This document shows, piece by piece, positions 42,836-51,295 of a stretch of DNA of 64,000 nucleotides (its first letter is position 1; each line of letters starts with the position of its first letter). This stretch comes from Eubacteriales bacterium (GTDB taxonomy: Bacteria > Bacillota > Clostridia > Oscillospirales > CAG-382). The stretch spans positions 2,648-66,647 of the forward strand of contig JAZSHQ010000021.1 in the NCBI GenBank assembly GCA_045533335.1, read 5' to 3'. The position numbers were made by a program, and so were the translations under genes. Under the pieces are notes generated by a model. The model worked only from the letters and a program-made list of their open reading frames with translations. It did no database searches and had not been told where the DNA came from.

Positions 42836-43263
42836 ATTTTTCTTTCCGTATTCTTTCTTGCATATTCATATAAAACAGGCTGGATCATCGGATAAGTTAA
42901 ATTATCGGGGATCGAATCGAACATAGCGATTTCGCCTATTTCGCTGTCGGCAGACAGGTCGCCAAGTTCAGTTACTTCTGCAAAGAAAAGCACACCATAA
43001 GTTTTTTCTCCGTCTTTTTCAACGCAATAAACAGTAAGCGGAGTAATATTAAACTCTTTCGCACCTGTTTCTTCAATCAATTCACGTCTTGCAGTTTCTT
43101 CGATAGCTTCGTCTATTTCGCGATGTCCGCCGGGAATTTCCCAGGTTGTTCGTTGCTTGTGTCTGCAAAAAATCCACTTTTCTTTATGTTTAGCGCAAAT
43201 AACAGCGTATTTGAACTCTTTGTCGGGGATTTCGGTTTGCTTGTTAAAGGTTACTTTTATCAA
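42832..43263 (-). CDS. NUDIX hydrolase
   Basis: Nudix box GGHREIDEAIEETARRELIEETG. 4-nt overlap with the deaminase gene. Confidence 0.85.
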   Translation of the reverse strand: MIKVTFNKQTEIPDKEFKYAVICAKHKEKWIFCRHKQRTTWEIPGGHREIDEAIEETARRELIEETGAKEFNITPLTVYCVEKDGEKTYGVLFFAEVTELGDLSADSEIGEIAMFDSIPDNLTYPMIQPVLYEYARKNTERKI

Positions 43264-43266
43264 AAT

Positions 43267-44367
43267 TTATTCCTCGAATTCGATCTTTTTCAAATTACAC
43301 CAAAGCCGTTCCGCTTCGGCGGTGATCGCTTTTTTATTCCTTGCGCCGACACGCTCGAAGAGGGTAAGAGTTAGCTTTGAATTCTTCTTTTTCCATTTGC
43401 CGATTACCCGTCCGTCCAGCAAGATCGGCGGCATAACGATACCCGCAAGGTTGAAAATGCCCCTCAAATGCTCCTGCGGTAGGAAAATACTTTCCTTCTT
43501 TTGGTAGCCGAGCATAAGCTGGTCAAACCCCGCAAGGAAGATGCATTTAGGAATATCTTCACCGTAACTTTTACTGTTTTCTATGTAAAAATAGGTGTTG
43601 CCTTCAACAACTGCATTTTCAACGGGAAGTTGTGATATCCATTCCTTTACCTCGGTTTGTGTTGCCCCGAGAAAATATGCGGCATCGCGGACTGTTGCGG
43701 GGGCAAAATTTGTAAAATAGCGACGCGCGATTTCCGTTTTTGCTTCTTTATCGGGAATGGGGGTGAATTCGGGTGATAAGCAATATGCCTTCTTTTCCTG
43801 CACTACATAGTTCATAAACCCGCGTTTACAAAGCTCGGCTATTCCGCCGCCCCAAGGCTCGAACATACAGCTTTCCTCGGCGTGCTCCATACCTTTTTCG
43901 CGGCATATTGCCTTTAATTCGTCGCGCGTTTTTGCACCGCTTTCGAGAGATGAAAGTATAACCTCCGAAAGATACTTTTGCCGTTCGGGCGATAGTGCCC
44001 ATTTGTCGCGCTGATTCCAAAAAGTATATCCGTTCCATTCGTTTTTGCGGTAATCGTTCCCGTTGTTACAGCGTATGAACAGCGGCAGGTCCCGTTCCGA
44101 AAACACGTGAACGGTACTGCGAACAGTCCAATTTTTCACCAAGCCGTCCTTGACGGTTGCTTCGTTAAAATCCGAGCAACGGATTTTAAGCGAGTGAATC
44201 GCGTTCGCCAAAAACTGCGATTGCACACCGCAAAGGTCGCGCACAACCTGTTCTTTTTTACCTTTATTTATAAGATATTGGTTTGTAAGTCTGCGTATTT
44301 TTATTTCTTCGAGTGTCATAGGCAACTCCTTTTTGCCATTATAACACTTCGAACAAATGTTTGTCAA
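43267..44367 (-). CDS. Winged-helix YcaQ/AlkZ-family protein (DNA interstrand-crosslink glycosylase family)
   Basis: IRRLTNQYL....VVRDLCGVQSQ N-terminal pattern and the size fit the YcaQ/AlkZ (DUF1006) family. The true start may be the ATG at 44319 (MTLEEIK...). Confidence 0.6.
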   Translation of the reverse strand: MTNICSKCYNGKKELPMTLEEIKIRRLTNQYLINKGKKEQVVRDLCGVQSQFLANAIHSLKIRCSDFNEATVKDGLVKNWTVRSTVHVFSERDLPLFIRCNNGNDYRKNEWNGYTFWNQRDKWALSPERQKYLSEVILSSLESGAKTRDELKAICREKGMEHAEESCMFEPWGGGIAELCKRGFMNYVVQEKKAYCLSPEFTPIPDKEAKTEIARRYFTNFAPATVRDAAYFLGATQTEVKEWISQLPVENAVVEGNTYFYIENSKSYGEDIPKCIFLAGFDQLMLGYQKKESIFLPQEHLRGIFNLAGIVMPPILLDGRVIGKWKKKNSKLTLTLFERVGARNKKAITAEAERLWCNLKKIEFEE

Positions 44368-44444
44368 GAGATGGGCAGAAATACTTGAAAAATGTCGTGA
44401 ATTGTAGTATAATCCTTTTCATACGTTAAAAAGGAAGTAACACT

Positions 44445-45302
44445 ATGCTTAAATCGTTAAAAGAAAGCCGCGGGGCAAGCTTTGTTGCCGTTGCGGTTGT
44501 TTACATACTTGCTGCGGCTTGCGGTGTGGCCGTTTATAAAATGCTTGATTACGAATGGTGGCTGAATTTGCTTATCGCCGATATTGCGGCCACGGTGCTC
44601 ACGTTTGCATTCAGCGTTATATTCAAAAACGCGTCGGTATACGACCCTTATTGGAGCGTTCAGCCGATAGTTATACTTTTTGCGTTCGCTTTCGGGCGCA
44701 CACTTACTTTAACGCGTCTTTTGTTTCTTGCCGTTGTTTGCTTTTGGGGCGTTCGCTTAACCTTGAATTGGGCATACACCTTTAAAAATCTTTATCATCA
44801 GGATTGGCGTTACACGATGCTTAAGGAGCAGACGGGTTTCTTTTATCCTCTTGTGAACTTTACGGGAATTCATTTAGTGCCCACGCTTATAGTTTACTGC
44901 TGTACGCTGCCCGCGGTTTACGTGTTTATCAACGACGGAATCGCAAGCGCGATTACACTTGCCTTTTTGCTCATCTCGGTCGCCGCGGTGCTGCTTCAGG
45001 GCACGGCAGACTACCAAATGCACCGATTCCGCAAGAACAAAAACGGAAACTTCATAAGAAACGGGCTTTGGCGTTATTCGCGCCACCCGAATTATTTCGG
45101 CGAGATATTAATGTGGTGGGGTATCGCGCTTGCCGCGGTGTCGGTTTTCCCGAACGCGCGTTATTTGTGCGCAGGCGCTTTGGCGAATACGCTGTTGTTC
45201 CTTTTTGTAAGTATTCCGATGGCAGATAAACGCCAATCGCGCAAGGAGGGATTTGAGGAATACAAATCCGAAACGCGTATGCTTTTTCCGATAAAAAAAT
45301 AA
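44445..45302 (+). CDS. DUF1295 / steroid-5-alpha-reductase-like membrane protein
   Basis: Polytopic. LWRYSRHPNYFGEILMWWG motif. Confidence 0.7.
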   Translation: MLKSLKESRGASFVAVAVVYILAAACGVAVYKMLDYEWWLNLLIADIAATVLTFAFSVIFKNASVYDPYWSVQPIVILFAFAFGRTLTLTRLLFLAVVCFWGVRLTLNWAYTFKNLYHQDWRYTMLKEQTGFFYPLVNFTGIHLVPTLIVYCCTLPAVYVFINDGIASAITLAFLLISVAAVLLQGTADYQMHRFRKNKNGNFIRNGLWRYSRHPNYFGEILMWWGIALAAVSVFPNARYLCAGALANTLLFLFVSIPMADKRQSRKEGFEEYKSETRMLFPIKK

Positions 45303-45307
45303 ACCTA

Positions 45308-45342
45308 AAGCAGAGTTTTGAAATTTTCAAAAAACTCTGCTT
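45308..45342 (+). terminator. Rho-independent terminator
   Basis: AAGCAGAGTTTT (45308-45319) / AAAACTCTGCTT (45331-45342), followed by a T-run. Confidence 0.8.
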
Positions 45343-45348
45343 TTTTTG

Positions 45349-45408
45349 TTGACAAACGCATATTCTGTTGTTATAATACAGTTGACACAGATAATACAGA
45401 TAATACAG
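45349..45408 (+). promoter_or_regulatory. Consensus promoter plus phased TAATACAG repeats (candidate YtrA-type operator)
   Basis: TTGACA (45349-45354), 17 nt, TATAAT (45372-45377). TAATACAG occurs at 45374, 45392 and 45401, so the spacings are 18 and 9 nt. A GGAGG RBS follows. Confidence 0.6.
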
Positions 45409-45425
45409 ATTAAGGAGGCGGGATA

Positions 45426-45788
45426 ATGCCAAAGGGCTTCACAGGGAAGCGCGACGTTTATATCGAGGTCGCCGAACGTTATGAAAAATACATCCGCTTG
45501 GGCGTTCTGCGCGATGGCGACAAGCTGCCGAGCGTGCGTGTTGCGGCGAACGATTTGGGCGTTAACCCCAACACGGTGCAAAGGGCTTACGTTTTGCTCG
45601 AGGAAAAGGGGCTTATCTGCTCTTTGCCGAAAAAGGGCGCGTTCGTTACCTTTTCGCAAGGCGAAAGTAAAGGCGGCGGCAATCACCGCGCGGAAATAAT
45701 AAAGCTGCTCACCGAGCTTAAGGAAAAGGGAATCACCCGCGACGAGATAGCGGAGCTTTTAACGGAGGTATATGATGATAGAGATTAA
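45426..45788 (+). CDS. GntR-family (YtrA-subfamily) transcriptional regulator
   Basis: 120 aa. DGDKLPSVRVAANDLGVNPNTVQRAYVLLEEKGLI winged-HTH with a short C-terminal tail. Confidence 0.85.
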   Translation: MPKGFTGKRDVYIEVAERYEKYIRLGVLRDGDKLPSVRVAANDLGVNPNTVQRAYVLLEEKGLICSLPKKGAFVTFSQGESKGGGNHRAEIIKLLTELKEKGITRDEIAELLTEVYDDRD

Positions 45789-46650
45789 GGGACTTACACA
45801 TTCATTCGGCACAAAGCTTGTGCTTAACAATATCGAGCTTACGATACCCGACGGCACGGTGCTCGGAATTGTCGGTATAAACGGCGCGGGTAAATCGACG
45901 CTTTTGCGTCTGCTTTCGGGGGTTTACGATTCGAAAAATTGCGTGCTTTACGACGGCAAAAGTCCTACCCTTGCCGAAACAAGGCGCGATATTTTCTTCC
46001 TGCCCGACGACCCATACTATACCGCAACGAGCACGCCGAACAAGATGTTCGAATTTTACAAGACGTTTTACGGCAATATCGACAGAGAGGTATTCGATAA
46101 GCTTCTTTCGAAATATGAGCTCGACCCAAAGCAGAATCTGCGTAATTTTTCGAAAGGTATGCGGCGGCAGGTATTTATCGCGCTGGCGCTTGCCGTAAAG
46201 CCGAAATATATGCTTCTCGACGAGGCATTCGACGGGCTGGACCCGTTGTCGCGTAAAATTTTCAAGGATGCAATAATAAAGCTTGTCGAGGAAGAAAACA
46301 TAACGGTGCTTATTTCCAGCCATTCTTTGCGCGAGCTCGAGGATTTCTGCGATAAATTCGTGCTTATCGACGACAATATTATTAAAACTCACGGCGATAT
46401 TGCCGAGCACGTCGGCAGTATGTGCAAGTTCGAGCTTGCCTTTATGAACGAAATAAACAAAAGCATCTTCGAAGGACTTCCCATAGTTTCGCTCGAAATA
46501 AAGGGCCGCTTCGCCACGGTTGTGCTAAAAGGCGAAAGCGGAGATATGTACGCCTGCTTGGAGCAGTTAAAGCCTGCGGTTATGGATGAACTGCCGCTCG
46601 ATTTCGAGGAGGCATTTATCCACGACGTCGAATCGGGAAGGGGAGAATGA
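45772..46650 (+). CDS. ABC transporter ATP-binding protein
   Basis: Walker A GINGAGKSTLLRLL, signature FSKGMRRQ, Walker B MLLDEAFDGLD. 17-nt overlap with the regulator gene. Confidence 0.9.
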   Translation: MMIEIKGLTHSFGTKLVLNNIELTIPDGTVLGIVGINGAGKSTLLRLLSGVYDSKNCVLYDGKSPTLAETRRDIFFLPDDPYYTATSTPNKMFEFYKTFYGNIDREVFDKLLSKYELDPKQNLRNFSKGMRRQVFIALALAVKPKYMLLDEAFDGLDPLSRKIFKDAIIKLVEEENITVLISSHSLRELEDFCDKFVLIDDNIIKTHGDIAEHVGSMCKFELAFMNEINKSIFEGLPIVSLEIKGRFATVVLKGESGDMYACLEQLKPAVMDELPLDFEEAFIHDVESGRGE

Positions 46651-46651
46651 G

Positions 46652-47938
46652 ATGAAGGCTTATTTCAAACATCAGCTCAAAACCAACGCAAGGGCGATTA
46701 TAATACTAACCGTGCTTTCGATGCTTATATGCTTTTTCGTCGCGATAGATTCGATGGAACGCGTGCGAAGCGTTTCCTATGTTGTAAAGGACGGAGAATA
46801 TTATCTTGTTACAGGTTACAATAACGGGAATCCGGAATCCTATTACGGCGACACGCTCGCTCAGGAGATATTCATTACCGACGAAGAAATAGTTAAGGTG
46901 GAATACCGCGACCTTTCGCTTGCATACTCTATGGCTGTTCTTATGGGGCTTGCTGTCGGCGTGCCGGTGTGGATGTTTGCGTTTTTAAAGAAAAAGAGAA
47001 ATTTAGATTGCTGTTATGCTTTGCCGATAACGAGAAGAGGAATAGGGATAACGCAGTATTTGGTAGGGCTTATCGCGGTATATACGCCGTTTATATGCTC
47101 GTATATACTCACGCTTATAACAAACGCCTCGTTCGGCTTGTTCGGAGCGCTTGGGCATAGTTATCTTATATCGCATTTCGGCGTTTGTCTGCTTGCGGGG
47201 TTTGTTATCTATTCGCTTTCGGTATTCGTTTTCGAAAAGGCTAATTCGGTTATCGACGGTGTCGTTTTCGTTGCGGCGTATATGATCGTGCTGTATATAC
47301 TCGTTTACGATACTCAGAATATTATTAACGAAATAGGTCTGCTTCGTGCAAAATACGTTTACAACGAAAGCATAAAAAACGTCGCGCCGGGCGATCTGGT
47401 TTATTTCGATCCGTTTTATTTTAACATAAGCGAGGACAGCGGTATCCCCTTCGTGTTCTTTATCTCTTTGCTTGAGGATCTGGAATATTCCGCCGAAACG
47501 GTTTACGGTGCTCGTATGGAACGATTCTTTAGCGATACCGAAAATATCGTGTGGCTTGTGTTCTGGACGGTTGTCGGTATTATGTCGGCAGTCGGCGCGG
47601 TTTGGGGATTTGATAAAAAAAGTGCACAGGCGGCAGAGGAAATATCGAACAGCATTTTCGGATATAAGCTGCTTATCCCGCTTGTCGGATTCAGCTATAT
47701 CGTACCGTACGGTGTTTTCAATTCCGATACAACTTCTTGCCTTGCAATGACGGTTGCCTGCGCGGTCGGCTATACCGTTTACCGCCGCGGCGTGAAGTAT
47801 AAAAAGAGCGATTATATTATAATCGGCATAATGCTCGCGCTTACCGTCTGCTCGCTGTTTGCCTATGACGCGATAGAAGGAATCTTCGATATTCGTCCTT
47901 CCGATTACTATTACAACAGCGTGCTATATGCGCCTTAG
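46652..47938 (+). CDS. Polytopic membrane protein, putative ABC-2-type permease partner
   Basis: Start moved to the ATG at 46652, 1 nt after the ABC stop. Shares RNLDxxxAxPIxR and SNSIFGY(K/N)(L/I)LIP blocks with the 48394-49449 product. Confidence 0.6.
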   Translation: MKAYFKHQLKTNARAIIILTVLSMLICFFVAIDSMERVRSVSYVVKDGEYYLVTGYNNGNPESYYGDTLAQEIFITDEEIVKVEYRDLSLAYSMAVLMGLAVGVPVWMFAFLKKKRNLDCCYALPITRRGIGITQYLVGLIAVYTPFICSYILTLITNASFGLFGALGHSYLISHFGVCLLAGFVIYSLSVFVFEKANSVIDGVVFVAAYMIVLYILVYDTQNIINEIGLLRAKYVYNESIKNVAPGDLVYFDPFYFNISEDSGIPFVFFISLLEDLEYSAETVYGARMERFFSDTENIVWLVFWTVVGIMSAVGAVWGFDKKSAQAAEEISNSIFGYKLLIPLVGFSYIVPYGVFNSDTTSCLAMTVACAVGYTVYRRGVKYKKSDYIIIGIMLALTVCSLFAYDAIEGIFDIRPSDYYYNSVLYAP

Positions 47939-47948
47939 GAGGGCAGAA

Positions 47949-48410
47949 ATGAAAAGATTAATATTATTCCTTCTTTTGGGTTGTTTGCTTTTTTGCGCCT
48001 GCGCGCAGGGTGAACCGATTACTTCGCAAGAGTTCTCGGCAGTAATGGCGGAAAAAGGCTTTACCGTCGAAGACCACACCGAATATCTCGATCCGCCGAG
48101 GACCGAAAACGCTGATACAGAGCAGCTTCTGGCACGCGGAAAATTTTTCGTCAGCTTCGATAAATTCGCAGACAGCAAAGAAGCAGAGAATGTTTTCAAA
48201 GCGTTTGTGAACTATTACAGTTCGGGCGAAGATTGCGAAGTCAAATACAAAAGCGGCAGATATTTGCAGGTGCAATACCTCGATTACAACGGTGAAGAGA
48301 AGGTGTTTATCGTTTCACGCGCGGAAAACACTCTTATCGATGTGTCCGCGAATATCGAATTTGCCGAAGAAGCGAAGCAGCTTTTAGAGGAGCTTGGCTA
48401 TGGCAGGTAA
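47949..48410 (+). CDS. Lipoprotein, hypothetical
   Basis: MKRLILFLLLGCLLFCAC-AQ signal with lipobox. Start moved to the ATG at 47949. Confidence 0.55.
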   Translation: MKRLILFLLLGCLLFCACAQGEPITSQEFSAVMAEKGFTVEDHTEYLDPPRTENADTEQLLARGKFFVSFDKFADSKEAENVFKAFVNYYSSGEDCEVKYKSGRYLQVQYLDYNGEEKVFIVSRAENTLIDVSANIEFAEEAKQLLEELGYGR

Positions 48411-49449
48411 AAACGCGTCTTTAAGCTATTTTGCAAAGCTGATAAGAGATAACCGATTCGCTATTCTGCTTTTGTGTCTGCTTGCCGCAATTATTGCGGG
48501 TATCTCCTCGGTAAACATAAGCACCTATGAAATGACGTTGGGACAAACGGGAGAATTTGTGCAAAACGCAAGCCGTTTGAGCCTTGACGTGCCCGCGTAT
48601 ATCGGCTTATATGCGGCGATGCTTTCGGCAATATTTTCGTTCGTTCGGTTTAAGCAAAGGCGCAATCTGGATATGCTTCTTGCGATGCCGATAAGCCGAA
48701 AATCTGTCGGCAGGGTGCATTATCTCTTCGGGCTTTTAACCACGCTCGCACCGTTGCTAACAGCGTATGCCTGCAATATTGCGGCGGTTTTAATCAAAAC
48801 CGATATCGAAACAGTCGATTTCGGCTGGTACGCACTTCATTTCGGCGTCACCGTCCTTTATTCTTTATTGTTCTACACGATGTACGTTTTCGTATTTAAC
48901 GAGGCGAACACGGTTTTCGACGGCTGTGCATTTGTTCTTCTGTGGCACAATGCGTTTTATTGGGTTATGTATGCACGCGCAAAGGATTCGACAAACGCGC
49001 GCCTGCTTTCGCCCGAAAGATTTTTGGAAAGAATTACAAGGGCGATCGAAATGCCCGCAGGCGGCAGAAACGATGATGAATTTTATTGGCTGTTCAGGGA
49101 TCCCGAGGTAGTCGCCGCTATATTCGGCTGGGTGTTTTTGGGAATATTGGCGGGCGTGCTTTTTGCGGCACGCTTCGGCAAACGGCAATACGAGCGCGCA
49201 GGCGAGGTTTCGAACAGTATCTTCGGATATAATATTCTTATACCTATCTATACGGTTTTGGGCTCGCTGTTCGGGTATAGCAGTACGCCCGCCGACGAAT
49301 TGGGTTATCCGTTGGAAATTTTATCCTTATTTGTCGGCGCGTTTGCGCTTTATGCGCTCTTCCGCCGCGGTATAAAGTTTAAAATCACCGATTACGTCAC
49401 GCTCGGCGTTTTGGCTCTGCTCGCCGTGACGAGTATGTTGATTCGGTAG
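48394..49449 (+). CDS. Polytopic membrane protein, paralogue of 46652-47938
   Basis: KQRRNLDMLLAMPISRKSVG and EVSNSIFGYNILIPI blocks shared with the upstream paralogue. Six or more hydrophobic spans. Confidence 0.6.
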   Translation: MAMAGKNASLSYFAKLIRDNRFAILLLCLLAAIIAGISSVNISTYEMTLGQTGEFVQNASRLSLDVPAYIGLYAAMLSAIFSFVRFKQRRNLDMLLAMPISRKSVGRVHYLFGLLTTLAPLLTAYACNIAAVLIKTDIETVDFGWYALHFGVTVLYSLLFYTMYVFVFNEANTVFDGCAFVLLWHNAFYWVMYARAKDSTNARLLSPERFLERITRAIEMPAGGRNDDEFYWLFRDPEVVAAIFGWVFLGILAGVLFAARFGKRQYERAGEVSNSIFGYNILIPIYTVLGSLFGYSSTPADELGYPLEILSLFVGAFALYALFRRGIKFKITDYVTLGVLALLAVTSMLIR

Positions 49450-49497
49450 AGTTTAACGTTTGAAAAACTCGAATTTAAAAAAATTTAAATAGAACAA

Positions 49498-49529
49498 GAG
49501 AGAGGAACTTTAAAAAAAGTTCCTCTCTC
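49498..49529. terminator. Bidirectional hairpin terminator
   Basis: GAGAGAGGAAC (49498-49508) / GTTCCTCTCTC (49519-49529), an 11-bp stem between convergent genes. Confidence 0.7.
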
Positions 49530-49537
49530 GTAATTTT

Positions 49538-50635
49538 TTAACCGTTCCCTCGGAGAATTCCTGCAAGCTGGGTGATAACGTCACCGTTGCCGCTTAAGTT
49601 GATATTGCCGACGTTTTCGCAGATACGCTCGATATATTCAAGCTCCTTGAGCTTGTAAAGCGTCGCGTTTTCCTCCATCAGCTTGGCGGTGTTAAGCAAC
49701 GACCTTGTCGATGCAACCTCCTCGCGGCGGGTGATAACGTTCGCCTGCGCACGCTTTTCGGCAACAAGCACGGTGTTCATAATGTCGCGAATCTCGCCGG
49801 GGAGGATAATATCCTTCACGTCGGCGTCGGTTACCTCGACAAAGATGCCGCTTTGCTTTTCTTTAAGCCTTGCGAAAACGTACTCGGACATTTCCTTTTT
49901 GCTTTCGAGTATTTCGTCGAGCCTGTGAGTACCGACGTATTCGCGAAGCGCAAGCTGTGCCGCAACGTAAAGCTGGTAGGAGTAGTTGCCTATCTCGGTA
50001 ATCGCTTTTATGTAATCGGTTACACGGTAGTTGCAAACAAAGTTCACACGGAGCGTCACCTTATCACGCGTGAGCATTTCCTGTCCCGAAATGTCAAGGG
50101 GTTGAAGTCTTGTGTCGACATATTCGGTTGTGATTTTGACATTGTTCTTCCAGAAATAGTAGCTGCCCGCATCGAGCAGGCGTTCAAATCTGCCGTCAAA
50201 GAAGAGCAGAGCCTTTTGGAAGTGCGAAACCTCGATTTTCGAAATGGTGCTCGTCGGCATTTTCGCAAGCACCGCTTCGGGCACGCCTTCGATATAAGGG
50301 GTGCTGATATCTATGATATCCACTCTGCGCTCGTCGGGAGAGTTAAAGTAGGCGTAACTGCCGCGGGGAAGCACGGAGGCAAACCTGCCGTTTACGTACT
50401 GCAAGCCGAGCTCACCGTCGCCGATTTCGTAAAGCGTGACTCTGCTTTTAAAATCCTCGCTTTCCAAAAGTCGGTTAAGCGTGCTGTATTTGCTTTGAAC
50501 GGGTATTTCGGTGCGGATAACCTCAACGGTCGTGCCGAATCCGATTCTGTGCTTGCCCGCCTCAAGCACGCGCAGGAATTTGCCGTGCTTAAAGAGGAGC
50601 GCTCTTTCGTTTTCGTTGATTACTAACTTTTTCAT
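49538..50635 (-). CDS. SPFH / band-7 (slipin-like) domain protein, no obvious TM anchor
   Basis: SPFH core (...TRDKVTLRVNFVCNYRV.D...VAAQLALREYVG...ILPGEIRDIMN..LVAEKRAQANVI..REE). The N-terminal beta-rich segment is duplicated (ERALLFKHGKFLRVLEAG / QKALLFFDGRFERLLDAG). Confidence 0.7.
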   Translation of the reverse strand: MKKLVINENERALLFKHGKFLRVLEAGKHRIGFGTTVEVIRTEIPVQSKYSTLNRLLESEDFKSRVTLYEIGDGELGLQYVNGRFASVLPRGSYAYFNSPDERRVDIIDISTPYIEGVPEAVLAKMPTSTISKIEVSHFQKALLFFDGRFERLLDAGSYYFWKNNVKITTEYVDTRLQPLDISGQEMLTRDKVTLRVNFVCNYRVTDYIKAITEIGNYSYQLYVAAQLALREYVGTHRLDEILESKKEMSEYVFARLKEKQSGIFVEVTDADVKDIILPGEIRDIMNTVLVAEKRAQANVITRREEVASTRSLLNTAKLMEENATLYKLKELEYIERICENVGNINLSGNGDVITQLAGILRGNG

Positions 50636-50905
50636 ATATGTTACCTCCTATAAAGAGAAAATAATGGCGTCCCAAGACCGTCACGCAAAGAAAGCGGCTG
50701 TGAGTTGATAAATTTGGCGGCGTGCGCGGTGAACGTCTTCGCAAAAACGCTTATGGCGCAGGCTTTTAAATCTATTACCCGTCACAGACAAGGCTTTTTT
50801 CGCGCTTGCTTTGCCCTTGCGCGCGTGGCGCAACGGAAAAGCCGACGGTCGAGCGGATTTGTTAAGATCGAATAATGTAAAAAAATTCTAACCAAATCCA
50901 CCTGG

Positions 50906-51052
50906 CGTACCCCGCGGGGGATACGGCGGGATTCGAACCCGCGAAATAGAGAGCTGTGCGCTCGTTGGGGAGTTGAACCCCATCGATCCTTTACGCCTTA
51001 GAAATCGGCGCAATTTTCGATTGCCGTTGCAGAGTCGTTTTTTACGCTCTGC
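50906..51052 (-). other. Cluster of tRNA-like T-arm hairpins and GC hairpins; unassigned structured element or fossil tRNA/tmRNA 3' fragments
   Basis: Minus strand: GGGG-TTCAACT-CCCC (50981-50967). 24 nt later, GCGGG-TTCGAAT-CCCGC (50942-50926). That abuts an 8-bp hairpin CGTATCCC-CCGC-GGGGTACG (50925-50906). There is also GCAGAGCG-TAAAAAA-CGACTCTGC (51052-51029). No full cloverleaf can be drawn. Confidence 0.35.
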
Positions 51053-51295
51053 ATAACAAAGTCTTTTCTCGAATACGCTTCGGGATACCCTTGCGTACGG
51101 CGGTGAAAGAAAACACCTGCGTGAATCGACCCTGCGAGCAGATTCTACCAAATTCTGCATAAATAATCACGGAAAAAAAGCTGCGAAAACAAAAATAGAA
51201 CAAAAAACACGTTGCGTATATCCTTCGACTCGCTTTGCACGCTTAAGGCTGACAGTGCCCACAAAAAAAGAGTCGCCCGAAAGCAACTCTTTTTG

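Noticed and set aside
10962-49529. Three intergenic terminator hairpins (10962, 20260, 49498) share a GAGAGAGG...CCTCTCTC stem. This could indicate a repeat or REP-like family.
   Set aside because: Only the stem core is shared, while the loops and flanks differ. All three sit exactly where bidirectional terminators are expected, so this is most simply convergent GA-rich or CT-rich stems. A genome-wide count would be needed to say more.
50888-51160. Possible tmRNA (ssrA). The region has a T-arm GCGGGTTCGAATCCCGC, a CGTAAAAAA element and short reading frames ending in stop codons. On the plus strand, GGGGATACGGCGGGATTCGAAC resembles a tmRNA 5' end.
   Set aside because: On neither strand can I pair a GGGG-type 5' acceptor with a 3' acceptor-CCA at the right distance. 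The candidate tag frames end in ...ADF or ...ISKA rather than a typical (A/V)LAA-type tail. The distance from the putative tag to the T arm (about 70 nt) is far too short for PK2-PK4. No smpB is nearby. I kept it only as an unassigned structured region.
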